From: Lytechinus pictus
Taxonomy: Eukaryota
NCBI RefSeq assembly: GCF_037042905.1
Contig: NC_087245.1
Location: forward strand, 33,606,001 to 33,670,000
Direction of reading: 5' to 3'
Length of the DNA: 64,000 bases
The notes under the pieces were generated by a model. That model saw only the letters and a list, made by a program, of their open reading frames with translations, was not told where the DNA came from and ran no database searches. Below, in pieces: positions 1 through 11,795 of this stretch; position 1 is the stretch's first letter; each line of letters starts with the position of its first letter. Position numbers and translations under genes: made by a program.

Positions 1-529
1 GTCAGTTGGTGTGGTAACACACAACAATCAATTATTGTTACACTGCAATGCTCACAGTCATGTAGCCCCTACACACTGTAACCTCGTGTTTCTATATTTT
101 GTACTGACGTTAGGTCCTCTCCTCTCGATATTGTAAAACCCTGATATTATAAAACAAAAATACATAGGGTGGGAGGGGAGGGAAACTTGTTGCCTCGATG
201 GGATTTCAAACTGCAATGGCTTTATACGAGCACATGTCATTATAGAGCCGGGGTAATAGTATGGAGCGCTTAGAATCATTTGTATTAAGCGCGATATGAA
301 TGCTGCATATTATAATGCAAGTTCCCCGCTGTGATTAATTTACATGATATGCAACTAGTGATCAGATGCACGTTCTAACTCAATTTAAACTATTTACATA
401 GTTAAGCACCTGACTTATTCTTCAATAAAGCTAACACTTGTCTCTCTCAAAATTTTACTGATCACTAACAATGATCATTACCTTTTAAGAGAGGTTTTGT
501 TCAAAATAAGCGGGAAAAGGTTAAATATA

Positions 530-1762
530 GGTTTTCCCGTCCAATTTCGTCAAAATTTCAACCGATTTAATGATGTAATAATTCAATTTGCAACTAATTT
601 GAATGACCTATGAGATCAGCATTTAAATAGCCTAATAATTAATTCAATTTAATTCTATTGGCACGCGATTTCATAGTTATCTCATTTAAACATTTATAAA
701 GAACAATCAAATTAAAATAGCTGAAGAAGTGTTTTCAAATTCGCACCGGTACCTTCCTTGCGAACGTTTAGGAATTCAAAACCATTAATATGCAATCACT
801 TATAAGATAATGACAGTGCTTTTCGTTGTTGTTGTTTTTTACTTCTTTTGAATAAATATGGAAATGGGTTTTACTTCTAAATTAGATGTTAAACATTTTA
901 CTGAAATGTATCATCCATCTGTCAAACCATCATCGGAACAACAACTCGTTTTTGTTCCACTTTCATAACTATAGACTGTGGTCAATACCATGTTTCTTAT
1001 CCCTTCCCCAAAACGATATAAATTATAAAGAACAAGATGATGAAGAAAAATTACCTATCATTGGCATAGGCCACCCACTCACTCACTGGCGGATCCAGGG
1101 GGGGGGGGGCACAGCCGACTCGTGCCCCCCACCCTTTGAGAGGCACAATTAATTTTTTATTCGTGGACGAAATACCCTTATTCTTTAGTTAAAACGCTTT
1201 TTTTTTGCTCGTCAAATTCCTCGGGAAAATGTGCCCCCCCCTTTTGGGAAATCCTGGATCCGCCCCTGCACCAAATCATCAATCACTAAAAGAATAAGCG
1301 TTTACAACCATATCCTATAAGTGTTACATGAATTACGTCTTTATCAAACATAATGGAATAAAATGATTCTAACTGAAAAGATCCGGAAATAATAGAAAGA
1401 GGTAAAGTTTGAAAAAAAATTGTATAAAGTAATAAAAAATGAACACAGAAACATGTTATCTGAATTTGGACGTTTAAAGTGCAAATATGTGTGCCGATAG
1501 ATGAAATTGAAAATGGTATTTTAGGCGAAATTAAACGATCAGTTCGTCGTCGCGAAATTAAATGACACCTTTGGGCCATTAATTTGAACGAATTTCTCTC
1601 TAAATTGCATTTCTACAAAATTCAAAGGAATGATATAGAACGGAATTGAATGCTAAATAAATGAAAATGAACTATGTGTGCAGAGGGTGGACGAAATATT
1701 TCGAATTTGAACGTCCTTTCATTAATTTAAATGAAACTCTGATGAAATTGGACTGGAAAACC
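530..1762. mobile_element. Non-autonomous TIR DNA element (TA-flanked), same family as the host element at 20949-35835
   Basis: Left end ggttttcccgtccaatttcgtca is inverted at the right end (tgatgaaattggactggaaaacc), with TA on both sides. The right arm (1455-1762) aligns by eye with 35264-35835. Confidence 0.65.
1084..1268. mobile_element. MITE with CAGGGGCGGATCCAGG-type TIRs
   Basis: cactggcggatccagg at the left, cctggatccgcccctg at the right. Related ends occur at about 31245, 40220 and 62205. Confidence 0.7.
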
Positions 1763-2469
1763 TATATGTTCTCTTTGTTCGACCATTATTGATAATATAC
1801 TTCTCTTAAAATGTAGATATATTTAGCTGATTCGCTTCGCCATTTCGACAATAGTCCTCCTAGATTAAAATAAATCAGTTCCTCAAACAACTGGATTTGA
1901 TTATGAAGCACCTTTATTTCAAATAGTACTAACAGAAAAGAATTGTACGATCACACGATAATAATTTGAGTAACCAGGATCGTCCTATACCATGCACTTT
2001 ATCAAATTTTGTCTGACACTTTCTTTGGTTTAGATTGGCTAAGAAGCTCAGATACCCGGTAATTGTCGGATATTAAAAACAGAGTTTGTCGGATAAAATA
2101 TCCGACACCTCTTTTAATAAAACGCTCCCCAGGTAATAATTCACAACTGCGAAACATACAGAATAATACAGATGAAAATAAATGACCTTCTCACAGCTAT
2201 GGAAGTAAAATGTGTTTACGCCACCCCCCCAAAAAAAAAAGCAAAAACTATATATGATACATGTATCAAGCGGAATGGCTATTCAAATGATAATGCTGAT
2301 TCCGATGGAAAATGTCATTGTTATATTTGAGAAAATATTTTGGTGAACTTAATCATCATTAAAACTATTATAATGCAGTTGTCGAAAATATTATATTACC
2401 AAATGAACACCACTGTAAATAACATCCCGTCATGAACGTCTCAATGTTGACGGTTATTCATAGTTATTA

Positions 2470-2800
2470 CAGCCTTGCCATGAGCAATCGCCCTGAAGAC
2501 GGACAGTCAACCTGCCCGAAACGTCGAGTCTCTCTACTACTCATCATCTCTACTCGCCGACTCAAGCCAGCATCTCCTCACTAGCTCTACTACTCAAGCT
2601 GTTCTCAACTCATCAATCTTTCCTGGTTTACAGTCCTTTTCAGGACTACTTTCAAGAAAGAATACTCTACTCTCAAATCTCCACTTTCTCGCCTATCCAT
2701 TTCTTCTCTTCTCCTATCCACTGTTTCTACAACACTTCACATGGTGTACCGTAAACCACATCAGCGATTGTACATACCACCATGCAAACCTTCAAACAAC
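2470..2800 (+). mobile_element. Probable Penelope-like element pseudo-LTR remnant
   Basis: Hammerhead core followed by a C/T-rich tract with repeated tctactac. Boundaries are approximate. Confidence 0.45.
2487..2530 (+). ncRNA. Penelope-type minimal hammerhead ribozyme motif (possibly decayed)
   Basis: CTGAAGA (2493-2499), one extra C, stem II ggacag/ctgccc, then GAAA-CG-TC (2518-2525) with a palindromic ACGT stem III. Stem I is poorly paired. Confidence 0.55.
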
Positions 2801-4283
2801 ATCCAATCGCCCTTTGTACTTTATGGACAAGAAAGCATTACAAAAGTGCCAATTTATCGAGGACCCCCGTAAAAAAATCCTTTATATACAGGCAGCCCTG
2901 AATCACTATAGTATATGAGTGTTTAACTCTGAAAAAGGGGGGAATCCCAAAACGATGGAACCTAGTGCTCCACAATGTTGATTTGCCATTGTCTACTCCA
3001 AGTTCAATAGTATATAATGTCAGTTCACTGAACTTAGTCTTTATATTCCTCGGGTTTCAACAAGTTGAAAAAAAATCGTAATCATATACTGACATGAAAC
3101 ATATTAGTAATTATTATCAAAAGCTTCTTCACCATAATTATCATTGTTCTAAACATTATAATTTTAGGTATTTTCATTATTATAAATATTATTATTACCA
3201 TTATTATTATTATTATAGTTATGCATTATTATCATAAAATTTATTATTATAAATATTATAATCATTGTTATCATTATAGTTATGCATTAAAAAATTCAAC
3301 CAAGTCAGAAATGTTGGGTTTTTTTACTTCCTCGCTTCGCTTGCTCTCGATATTCTTCCGTTAATATATTTCATAAAAGTTGGAGGGTATAACACATTTA
3401 CATTATTTTATGTTCATTATGTTTAATTGTTTTATATTGTCATAAGCATCATTTAATTTTGTTACATAAAATCCAAAAAAATTGTTTAGTTTACGTAGAC
3501 AAGTGTTGACAGAGGAAATGTGATAAATGATGTTTTGAGTGTTTTGTATAATACATTTAAGAGAGAGAGAGAGAGAGAAATGATGTAAAGCTACTATGTT
3601 GACCTTGTGATGGCAGTATTTCTATCTGGGTACTGGCAAAAGGCCTGTGGGTTTAGTTTGTTCATGGCCTTAGTTGAATTGGGAGGGGTTATATAATGTA
3701 TTTAACTCTTTCAGGTCCTTTTGTTGTCGGTCCCAGATTCTTGAAACAGGTGGAATAAATAGTTCCGCCCGAGGTCTATTGGTTGTAATGGCAACTGATT
3801 GCTGTGCGCAAAACATTTCAAGAGTGGACTCACTTTGATTTTGTTACTGCTCTTTGAATGCCTGTATTCTGCAGCGCAAGCAAGACATCACCCTCTTTTT
3901 GTTAACTTTGGAGGACTTTTAATACCCCAAATAGCGGTGAGTTTAGTTAATAATCTTATCAGTTTTATTCGAGTCAGAAAATGAGATTTCTCAATCTAAG
4001 TCTATTTTGATATGGATTTTTAGTCCAAATTTTGTCTGTACTAATCCTGATAAAAAGTGCATGTTTTCTTGTTATTAGTAAGCTAGGAATGATATGCTGT
4101 GATTTTTTTCAGAGTGATTTACAGTGATGCAATGAATGTTGTATTTTAATATTTTACAGAAGTAGATTAATGTGTAGACTGTTCATGGTTGATACAGTAT
4201 GCTGCTAAATTAATACTGTTTTGATAGATGCTTAATAAATGATAAGGAAGACAGGTAATATACAAACACGTGCTTAAACAAAT

Positions 4284-4392
4284 TAGCCTTGAGAACTTCG
4301 TGATCATATTTTTTTATGATTTTGATATTGTCATTTGATCAAATGACAATATCAAAATCATAAAAAATATGATCACGAAGTCCTCAAGGCTA
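4284..4392. repeat. Near-perfect spacerless palindrome (109 bp)
   Basis: tagccttgagaacttcgtgatcatat...ttt-gatc-aaa...atatgatcacgaagtcctcaaggcta, with one mismatch and one homopolymer indel. Confidence 0.95.
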
Positions 4393-5511
4393 TAAACTAT
4401 TTAAGATGTTGATAGTTAGGAGTTGGAATTTTTCATAATGGGAATTTATTCGATTTTCAAGGGTCCATTGGTCAGGGAGGTCACGGTACCCATGGGCAGC
4501 CCTTTTATTTCCATATAGAGCTATACTATAGACGACTTCAGCAATCCTGGACCATGACCATGTTAAGCTGATGTTCTTCAACGTTTGAGTTCTTGTAATA
4601 CTGTAAGCTATTTCATACAGCGTCAAATATTAGGTTGACAACATTGGTGACGTGTTCTTCGACAGTCTCCGGACATCGTCAATTTTTCGTCATCGGTCAC
4701 CGGTTCTCCGATTCAGTGGGAGCCATTTTTTGTCATCCTTTGGAACTCCACCCATTTTTATTCAGGGAAGTCGTTTAATTTGATCAACCCCCTTAATAAT
4801 AATAATAATAGTATATATATATATATATATATATACACTGTTTATCCACCCACAAACACGCCTGTGCGCAATGTTTATTCGTTGATTTTTGTTATGCTTG
4901 TCAAGTCTTGTTTTCATATATGATCAACATGTTGAAGACAAGGAAACTGTTAGTTAATGCTAAATTTGTTGATGTGTCAATATTTTTGGCATATGTTTAC
5001 GTTTTACTGAAATTTCGACGTGATTTATCGCGCAATAAGTGACAAACTACCATCTTCCTTATCTCTCTATGTAAATAAAGAATATCAGAATGGAATATGA
5101 ACTTTGAAATCACAAAACTTCATTACACTACATGTATTTCAAAGATGGAGATATCTTTATAATGTAGTTACCTGCACATAGCTTGGATTTGCAGTTTAAA
5201 ATCGGCTCAACCACTTAGGATTACTGTTCACGAGGCCATTCTTATTAGTTATAACTGCAATAATGGGTAACGGCACAGTGTTCTTCCAATTTTGTATTTG
5301 ATACTATTGCTTTTTTTGTCGATATTCCAACAGAGGAAATGTTACATTTGATGATTAGATAATTGTGAATCCATCTTTGCGATGAAAACAGTATTATACG
5401 CCTATTGTAATCGTAGGTGTGCTACGTAAGTCTATTTAAAACGACAAACCCCCTTCAATTTGCTCATGTATTTCTGTATATTCTTTCTGCTTTAATGCTT
5501 TTTGTCTGCAG

Positions 5512-5558
5512 ATATTAAGTTTGATGTTTCCCTGCCGCTCCTTCGAAAAGTTGACAAG
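5512..5558 (+). other. Candidate upstream exon (5' UTR or coding) of the VPS9-domain gene
   Basis: Polypyrimidine tract and tgcag acceptor, AAG|gtaata donor. One open frame reads DIKFDVSLPLLRKVDK. Confidence 0.4.
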
Positions 5559-6328
5559 GTAATAATCAACTTCAATTACCCTGTGTTATTCAGAAAATGT
5601 TTAAAAAAAAATTGATGTGGATTCTAGAAGAAGGATTTTATTTGTCAATTCAAGTGTTCTTTATAATATAGAGGATAGCCTACAATGGTAAGAAATAAGA
5701 ACAATACCTTTTTATAGCGTTCATGTTTGTCATACTTATGCAATACTTATATCGCTCCACAATTATTAATATAGGCCCTGCTTTTTACTTTTCAAAATCT
5801 TTTTCAATGGGGAAACATATTTCTTTAATAATCCAAACATCACAAAACCAAAAGGGAAAAAATAATCGACCCCATATACGATTGTCAATATTATTTAATT
5901 AATGTCTAAATCGAATAGACGAAGGTAAATAAATCGTGCTGAAGAACACATATTAAAAGTGCACTTCTCGTTAACCAATTAATTTAGGGTGTAGATTATT
6001 TTACGCCCTCCAAGATATAGAGATATTGATCATTATTCGACTATATTTGATGAAGTCACCTGAGTTGGATTGGCCTGGATCATAAACCGAACTTTCATAA
6101 GAAATGGAGTCTTCTCTTTGCCCTCAAATTCATGAATACATCCACACCCACCTATATCTCTTTCTACTATAAATATATACACACACATATGTATATGTCC
6201 AGACCAGTTAATTTCTAGAAAATTTAAAAAATCTCTGTATGTCCAATATGGAATTCGTTCATATATTTTTTCATTTATTTCAGACATATTTTTGGGGTTG
6301 GAATTCCGGGACATAAATTACACACAGG

Positions 6329-6373
6329 ATGAGCTCTTGCATATCCAACAATATTCCATATTTAACTCAAGAG
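6329..6373 (+). CDS. Candidate first coding segment of the VPS9-domain gene (MSSCISNNIPYLTQE)
   Basis: Acceptor tttcag at 6283, ATG at 6329, and a weak phase-0 donor GAG|gtggac compatible with the next exon. Confidence 0.3.
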
Positions 6374-6591
6374 GTGGACTTGGGTCGATCTTTGATTTGA
6401 TTTCCACCATATCAATCACAATAGTATACAAGTATTATAATTTTTCAAAATAACAATAAGCAAATATTCTTCGTCTAGTTCAAATACAAATTATACATGA
6501 AAATGTTGATGTTGGATACAAATATGAACAAATGATAGTAATATTGTAACACTGTAAGGAGCTTGATAAATTTATTTCAAAATTGTTTCAG

Positions 6592-6726
6592 ATTTTACAG
6601 AGAGATATCATCTTGAAGATAAGTCATTATTCTTTGATTCTTGAAGTGCTACACACATGCAACCAAGGCTCTAAGAAATTTCACTCTGAACGTGGAGCGA
6701 GGCTAAAGAAACCACCGACCAGAAGT
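6592..6726 (+). CDS. VPS9-domain gene, internal exon (phase 0-0)
   Basis: tttcag acceptor, gtaagt donor, 135 nt open frame ILQRDIILKISHYSLILEVLHTC...PTRS. Confidence 0.6.
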
Positions 6727-6798
6727 GTAAGTCATTCTAAATAAAATTGGTACATTGCTTAAAAAAAAAATCGTACGAATATTTCCCTTTTCTCCAAG

Positions 6799-6945
6799 AA
6801 ACTGAAATAAATTTTCAATAGAATTCAAGAGAAAGGATTCGTAAAGGAAATCAACCAGTGTATGGCCGTCAAGGCATTTTCGTTTGAAGAGTCACCCTCC
6901 ACCCATTTGGAATACATCACTAATGTCAGCGGAATTATATATGAA
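6799..6945 (+). pseudogene. VPS9-domain gene exon with in-frame TAA (6808-6810)
   Basis: tttcccttttctccaag acceptor, GAA|gtacgc donor, 147 nt, reading KLK*IFNRIQEKGFVKEINQCM...IIYE. Confidence 0.5.
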
Positions 6946-7110
6946 GTACGCATGTCATGAAAATAAGATTTTTGTTTATTACGTCTTCAAAATAGACTCG
7001 ATCATATTTATATGAACAAAGATGAAACCTTAAGTTTATGTATAAGTGTACCTGAAAATGTACCGTTTCGTCATTTCAAAGACTTAAACAAATTGCATGT
7101 GTGATTGCAG

Positions 7111-7317
7111 TTTCTAAACTATTCTTTCAGTATGTAACTAGGGCAAAAAAGGCAGGACAATATTGAGATATTCACAATATATGTTGGTTTATTATGCCCA
7201 TGTCAGAGGTCCAAGCTACATCTTCCAATGAAAGCAAATGAAGGGTTTTCATCACTGACGGATTATCAAACCGGTACTCAAAATCTTACCTTTAAAATCA
7301 GAGATCACTTCTCAGAG
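7111..7317 (+). pseudogene. VPS9-domain gene exon with in-frame TAA (7135-7137)
   Basis: ttgcag acceptor, GAG|gtaagc donor, 207 nt, reading FLNYSFSM*LGQKRQDNIEIF...IRDHFSE. Confidence 0.5.
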
Positions 7318-8011
7318 GTAAGCTTGGGCTTAGTATTTTAATGTAAACCATATCTCAAGTCTTACCCCAGCGGTATAGAAAGACAATCGTCTCCGAACAC
7401 ACTCTGAATGGCTAAAAGTAAAGTTATGGACAATTTGTCTCGTTCTACTATTATTATTATTTACTTTATTTGTTATCATTATTATTACTTTTTGGGGGTG
7501 GGGGGGGGGGGGGCTATCGCTAGGGACAAGTCTTCAGATGCAAGTCCAAAAGTTGTTGGGGTGCGTGCGTATGTAGACTAAGACCTCTTAGATGAGAGGC
7601 AGCATTTGAACAATTAAGTGGAAAATGGAGTTTAAAATATGGCTGCGAGTTTACTCCAGCGTTGGTGCAAGATTTTGATAGTAGGTACGGGCATCTGACT
7701 TGAAGGTACATGTAGTTATAGAGGGTGTGTGTGTGTTTGTGTGTGTGCTAATGCAGAAGAAATTTATCAATTCTTCCCACAGTGAGTGGTGACAATCGAG
7801 ATGATGTTTGTAAACTGTTCATTTTAGTCTGTTCATGCGAATTGGTTATTGCTTGGCGAGTAGGTTTCTAAAAACCCAGTTCTCTCTGATGTTTATGCAA
7901 TTGTTCCAACAATAATATATATCTGTCATTCCGTACATACATTAATTCTTTCATAATGGAAAGGCCAATGCTTATCACTCAGACTGGATCTATTTTTTTG
8001 CAGGACTTTCT

Positions 8012-9335
8012 GCATTTATTGTAAAGCCCAAAAATAAATTAACAATACATAAACATAATCGTAGTATGACATGAAAGTACATTGTAATGTGACAAATTTA
8101 TAGTAGTGTCATAACAAAATTTAGACATGAATACAATTTAAGGATAATACAAAGTAGTGAAAAACAAATGCAGTGGCAAACTATATAAGTCAAATATATG
8201 CTTGAGTAATAGCAGCCAAAGGGGGAAAGGGGCTACATGGAAACCAATTATTCTATAGGTCTAGGTCTGGAAGAAAATCTTACGTCACAAATCATCAGAA
8301 AAGGAGACAGAAGAAAAAAAAAATGAAGAAATGTAGTGTGCGTGTGTGTGCAAGTGGGTGAACGTGCAGGTGTGATATAAAGAATACTTCGATAAAAGAT
8401 ATTTTTTCAATGAAGCTTTAAAAGAAAAAATAGATGCAGTGAGTTTAATATCATTGGGCAAATCATCCAGATGTTTGGGCCGTGATGTCTGATCGTTTTA
8501 CGTGCTAATATTGTTATCGGGTTTGTGAGGTGGATGTTGGATGAGTGGCGTGTAGGATATGAATGAATGTTGCTGTTGTAAACAAAAATATCTTGAAAGG
8601 GTGTAGGTATAGATTTAGTTGAGAACTTGTACTTGAAAATGGCAGTTTGGAAAGTATGAATGTAATTAATTTTTAATGTTTTCAGGTTCCGAAAAATAGA
8701 ATCAGTATGTGCTAAAAATTGCGAGTGGGAGCAAATGCGGAGTGCTTTCTTTTGGAGGCGTAGAATTGAGTCTATTTTCGTTTAGTTGCAATTACCCCAC
8801 AATATGTTGCAATATGATATATGTGACAAAATAAAAGAATTGTAAAGCATAAATAGTGATCTTTGGGAAAGACAATATTTCAATTTGAATAGTATGCCAA
8901 TACCTCTGGCAACAAGTGTGCTAATATAACGAATGTGGCTATTCCAAGTTAAATTAGAGTCAATTAATACACCTAAGAATTTCGTTTCTTGTTTTTCAGC
9001 AAGATGGATGTTATCAATGTTAATGGAGCCACGAAATATATGCTCAGAATTGATGTGTTTAAAGTACATGAAATAAGTTTTGTTAATGTTTAAGGAGAGT
9101 TTATTTGATTTAAACCACATGGACAATTTATTTATTTCATTATTGAGTACTGCTACAAGCGTGTCGAAGTAACTGTGTGAAAAAATACATTGGTATCATC
9201 TGCGAAAAGAACATAAGTAAGGGTGAAGCATTGATGATATCATTCATTTAAATTAAAAATAACAAAGGGTCTAAGATAGAACCCTGTGGTACTCCACACT
9301 TTACATTACAAACTTCAGAAGATTTAGAGTTAAAA
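8012..9335 (-). mobile_element. 5'-truncated, degraded L2/CR1-group LINE (RT fragment plus 3' UTR), intronic
   Basis: Minus-strand GVPQGSIL.PLLFLI and FADDT near 9190-9300. ORF 8782-9126 has WFKSNKLSLNINKT and KFLGVLIDSNLTW. Stops and frameshifts are present. Confidence 0.9.
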
Positions 9336-9383
9336 TTAAGCAAATCTAGAAGCATTTCGTAGTAAATAATTTACATTCCCATC

Positions 9384-9520
9384 AATTTTTATATTATCAA
9401 CTTTAATTTTGATTGTTAATTTTATATTATCGACATTAATTTTGATTGTTAATTTTATATTATCGACATTAATTTTGATTGTTAATTTTATATTATCAAC
9501 ATTAATTTTGATTGTTAATT
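9384..9520. repeat. 33-bp tandem repeat, about 4 copies
   Basis: Unit attttatattatcgacattaattttgattgtta, ending just before the splice acceptor at 9527. Confidence 0.9.
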
Positions 9521-9527
9521 TGTTCAG

Positions 9528-9650
9528 GTGATTGGAAAGGTGACTGAATATCTGGGACAAAGTGATGACCAAAGTAAGCCAGAAATCTGGGCATCGTATG
9601 AAGCCCTGTTCTTCTCTTCAACAATACCAGATATTGAAAAGTTTTATGTG
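9528..9650 (+). CDS. VPS9-domain gene, internal exon (phase 0-0)
   Basis: ttcag acceptor, gtgagt donor, 123 nt, reading VIGKVTEYLG...EIWASYEALFFSSTIPDIEKFYV. Confidence 0.75.
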
Positions 9651-9851
9651 GTGAGTTACGTTATCCATTATTTTTATTTGAGGGGGTGGGGTATGTGCAC
9701 ATAGTTCTGTCGAATGGAGAGATGTTCACATCAATTTAAACATAGGTCATTTAAACTAAACGGAAAGACGAAGGGAAATGACGTCCAATGATCATTTCGA
9801 TATCATGAACTTAGTACACAGCCACAGACCCAGTATTAATAGTGCACAATA

Positions 9852-10107
9852 CACGTTAAAAACATTTGGTAAAAATGCTCCATGAGGGTAATTATGTGAC
9901 CAACGAACATTGGGCATTTCTATTGGGCATTTTTAATTATCCGGTGTGATGAAAATGTTGCCCATTCTAAAGTAATTGCTGCTTATTTTTTAAACCTTAC
10001 AGGACAAATGCTTTCCGAATTGGGTAAATTACTGCCCAAAATTGATTGGACACATAATTACCCTCGTGCTGGTTAAAATTTTACCAAAAATATGTTTTTT
10101 TACAGTG
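9852..10107. mobile_element. CAC-ended (EnSpm/CACTA-like) MITE, intronic
   Basis: Imperfect TIRs cacgttaaaaacatttggtaaaa / ttttaccaaaaatatgtttttttacagtg. Confidence 0.55.
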
Positions 10108-10337
10108 TCCAGACAGATCCTGAATGAGACGAAATTTATTAATGTATTGTGGCTGCTTCTTCCAAGGAAGCGAAAAACACACTTTCCTGATTCTAACAAA
10201 GAAACAGAGAGTTCGGAGTCTAGTCTTTTCTCATGGCAAAGTGTAATATTTGATTCCGTGCTTGCAGACTCTCATGTACTCATGAACTTCAAGAAATCTC
10301 ATTCGACAATCCCAATATATATATATATTTTTTTTAG

Positions 10338-11085
10338 CTCGCGTATGATGGTGAAGCCAAGCTACTGCAGATGCTCCTTCCTACGGCCGATCCGAGGAAC
10401 ATGAAACTGAGAGGTGAATGGGTCATTGATATCCTTGATCCTGCAAAGACCTCTACACCAGGAACTGCAGAAAAGGGTACTCAAACCGATCCAACATCTT
10501 CAGATGAAGACGATTCCAGTGTGTCAGGTAAAGACTGGACCTCGATACCAAGCCACGTGTTCGATAGGCAGAATTTCTACGGACAGATAAAGTCAGGGAA
10601 AGATCTGGATACGGACTGGTCGAAACATGATCAAGATGAACGCGGTAACCAGGTATCCAAGAGGGGTACAGATGCCGATACCTTAGTGGAACATCAACTT
10701 GAATGTGTAGGTAGTGCCTCACATGCATCTCTGGCTTCGAATCTGGTTGAGGAGATGGAAAACCTCTATCCATTCCTGCGTGATGTGACTCTTGGTTCGG
10801 TGGGTCTAAGCAATCTTCCTGCCATTACTCCAAAACCCCATATCGACCAACCCGTACAGAAGTCCAGAGCCAAGTCTGGGAAAGGGCGTCCCTCTACTAG
10901 TTCCAAGCCTCAGAAGAATCACAATAAGATTGTCTCACAAGGACCCATTAGTTTTGAAGACATGTTCAGCCGGGCATATGGGTGTTTAAGGATGGTCTTG
11001 CAAGAAAGGTTTCCTTTGGTAAAGCTCCGATGGTTGGTCATGTGTCTTCAGGCTCTTTCTGACTCAGTCAAAGAACAGGTCTCAA
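10338..11085 (+). CDS. VPS9-domain gene, large exon (acidic/Ser-rich insert and start of the VPS9 domain)
   Basis: T-rich tag acceptor in frame with ORF 10371, phase-1 donor A|gtgagt. Contains FSRAYGCLRMVLQERFPLVKLRWL. Confidence 0.8.
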
Positions 11086-11565
11086 GTGAGTGTTTTGTGA
11101 TATTATTTGGCATTTCGACATTTCAGTGATATCAAAACAGTATTGACCAAAGTTTTTTTTTAATACTACAAGTGAAATGAGAGCATTCATCTTCCGTCCT
11201 GACATTAACAATTCTTCTCATACCATGAACGTATGTCTGAACGTTCACCCCTTCAAATTAACAGAATGAAATGCCCTGAAGAGGGCTGAAGAGGTAAAGA
11301 TTACGATATTTATATAAAGTGTAGGATGTTATCCAGTGATTACACAATACTTTGGAACATCCACTTCTTGAGTAAAGGGTTGTTGGTTCGATCTTGGCCA
11401 ATTCTAATTTTTGATTCAGAAATCCCCCCTTCCATGTGTTTGTAGCAATTTCTTCAGTATGTTTTGGGGTATTAGACAGTTGGTAGTAACTTAACTGGAT
11501 TGATCCCCAAAGCTGGTATTTGGATGAAAATCATAACTACTACTATTTTCCTTTATCCTCAATAG

Positions 11566-11795
11566 GTAAATTGTCTGGTGAAAATCGTTCAATTGGCACA
11601 GACGATCTGCTACCATCCCTCATATTCTTCCTCATAAAGGGAGACCCAGGACAGGTTACAGCCTTATACCCACAGCTCAAATTCCTCGAAGACTATCTCC
11701 CCGACATCGTTGCAAGTGGCATCATCGGTTTCACTGTAGCTCAATTCAGCACAGCATTTGCGTTCATTATTCAGACAGATGATGGCGAATCCTAA
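11566..11795 (+). CDS. VPS9-domain gene, last coding exon
   Basis: Phase-1 acceptor aatag. IGTDDLLPSLIFFLIK matches the VPS9 GADDLLP motif, followed by GFTVAQFSTAFAFI and a TAA stop. Confidence 0.85.

Noticed and set aside
264..314. Short inverted match between 264-314 and 47420-47472 (agcgcttaga...attaagcgc.atat.aatg)
   Set aside because: These are ordinary isolated L2-type 3' tail remnants, not a long-range inverted structure.
6808..7137. Alternative genetic code (TAA as a sense codon)
   Set aside because: TAA terminates the VPS9 last exon, SRCR exon 7 and the Gypsy ORF, and no other coding exon has internal TAA.
9336..9572. ORFs made of repeats (9336, 21169, 30005, 30635, IYIY-type at 32801/37784/40126, Pro/Gly-rich at 63374-63822)
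   Set aside because: They are translations of mini/microsatellites with no splice or domain support.
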